A stretch of DNA of 17,903 nucleotides from Pseudomonadota bacterium (GTDB lineage: Bacteria > Bdellovibrionota_G > JALEGL01 > DATDPG01), in NCBI GenBank assembly GCA_043804515.1, contig JAZDIZ010000106.1, positions 1 through 17,903 of the forward strand, given 5' to 3'. The notes under the pieces are model-generated. The model worked only from the letters and a program-made list of their open reading frames with translations. It was not told the DNA's origin and did not search any database. Below, one piece after another: positions 16,810 through 17,903 of the stretch; position 1 is the first letter of the stretch; every line of letters begins with the position of its first letter. A program made the position numbers and the translations under genes.

Positions 16810-17012
16810 TTCGCTCCGGATTTCACCGAGGGCGTCGGCGCGTAAGTCCACTCGCCGGGGACACATCGATTTTGGGTTACGCCCCAAAATCGACGCTCGC
16901 CTGCTCGCTCGCCGTGGCACTGGAAGCATAGATACGGCTCGCTGCGCACGCCCCTTCGAGATGGCCTTCCGCGCCGCCGCCCCAAAGAGCTTCCTCACTC
17001 TCTCGGATTTAA
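16810..17012. other. Structured non-coding element, copy B (ncRNA or non-autonomous mobile element)
   Basis: Long stem 16830-16860/16951-16982; perfect 10-bp hairpin TCGATTTTGG/CCAAAATCGA with loop GTTACGCC; 28-mer at 16911-16938 matches copy A at 24/28. Confidence 0.7.
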
Positions 17013-17093
17013 CGGCGTGCTATCACTCCTTAAACAAGAAGAATTTCTCCTTTTCTTGCGGAAAGGCCTTGCGTTGGATGGAAGGGAGGACGC

Positions 17094-17501
17094 CTAACGG
17101 CTGGGCATAGGGACGGGCTTTATGTCAGTAAGAAACCAGGAGCCTTTGGAGAACTTCCAGGACTCGATCTCCTGGCGGCTTAGAAGCTCCTGATCCGTGA
17201 TCGTGTAGTAGCTGTATTCCACGACGACCGTTCCCTGCTCTTCCTTCGGATCCATGTTCAGATCCACGATGGAGTAGTCCACCACACGCGCCCGGGCCAA
17301 CTCATTGGCGAGCTGTCCGACCAGCGAGCGCCGGCGGTCGTCCGCGATCAGGACACCGGCGGCCGTAAGGCTGCCCCAACGGAGGCTCCGGCTGAAAGCC
17401 TCGGCGCGTTCCGAGAGCAACTCCACGCGTTTTTTCCCGCAGGCGGGGAGGGCCGACAGGAGAAGAGGAATCAGTACAAGGACGGCGAACAGACGGCGCA
17501 T
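17094..17501 (-). CDS. Putative lipoprotein (135 aa), function unknown
   Basis: Signal peptide MRRLFAVLVLIPLLLSA with lipobox LPAC; mature region looks alpha then beta, ending W..SKGSWFL. Confidence 0.8.
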   Translation of the reverse strand: MRRLFAVLVLIPLLLSALPACGKKRVELLSERAEAFSRSLRWGSLTAAGVLIADDRRRSLVGQLANELARARVVDYSIVDLNMDPKEEQGTVVVEYSYYTITDQELLSRQEIESWKFSKGSWFLTDIKPVPMPSR

Positions 17502-17553
17502 GAACCCATGCTACTCATTCAAGACGAAAATCCAACGAACTTTTGGGAGAATT

Positions 17554-17901
17554 TCAGGTCTGCGGCCGCTGCTGCTGCTGTTGCTGAGCCCGCGTTATTA
17601 TATCGAATGCATCTTGGATCTGCTGTTGTGTAGGCGCCAACCCCGCTCTCACCCTCTCCTCCGCAGTGCACTCGGGGCAATTCGCCACGCCGGGCAATCT
17701 GACCGCGCCCGCCGCCGTGTTTTCCAAGCCCTTTTTAAGCTGGGCTAAGAACGAACTCCCTGTAGTGAACTGCATGCCGAATCGGCGGCCGAAAATATTC
17801 AGGTTGGGAAGCAGGAACCAATTGGCGATCAACTCGCCCCAGGTGTGCAGAGCACTACCGCTCCACGGCATTAGACCCCAAAGGTCGATCTGGTAGCGAT
17901 T
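17554..17901 (-). CDS. Hypothetical protein, C-terminal part (5' truncated by window edge)
   Basis: Frame is open to the window end (NRYQIDLLGLMPW...); protein-like composition, a CPEC motif and a Q-rich tail. Confidence 0.6.
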   Translation of the reverse strand, partial: NRYQIDLWGLMPWSGSALHTWGELIANWFLLPNLNIFGRRFGMQFTTGSSFLAQLKKGLENTAAGAVRLPGVANCPECTAEERVRAGLAPTQQQIQDAFDIITRAQQQQQQRPQT

Positions 17902-17903
17902 CG

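Noticed and set aside
16911..16938. Identification of the structured element as HEARO/omegaRNA, bridge RNA, tRNA or a riboswitch
   Set aside because: Only a vague short resemblance (TGCTTCCAGT); no cognate IscB, TnpB or IS110 ORF, no cloverleaf and no aptamer consensus that I can verify by eye.

Overview
GC-rich bacterial housekeeping window; gene content suggests a Bdellovibrionota/Myxococcota-like deltaproteobacterium (inference). + strand: tetrapyrrole operon hemA(partial)-hemC-hemD-hemB, and ssb. - strand: a purD-like gene coupled to tsaC, a Zn-ribbon/GYF/TM/TPR protein, an operon of membrane TPR Ser/Thr kinase-alr-mlaE-(476 bp insert)-mlaF-mlaD, a lipoprotein and a partial ORF at the right edge. 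The most unusual signals are (1) two diverged copies (about 11675-11880 and 16810-17012) of a ~200-nt non-coding element with conserved ordered motifs and loops but fully exchanged, still complementary stems; (2) a head-to-head pair of ~100-aa four-helix-bundle genes placed exactly symmetrically around a perfect 18-bp inverted repeat and flanked by ATCCGG-type repeats that recur, gene-free, between hemB and tsaC; (3) an intact PurD homologue with several catalytic motifs substituted; (4) a Walker B D-to-N MlaF. All alignments were done by eye; no database searches were run.
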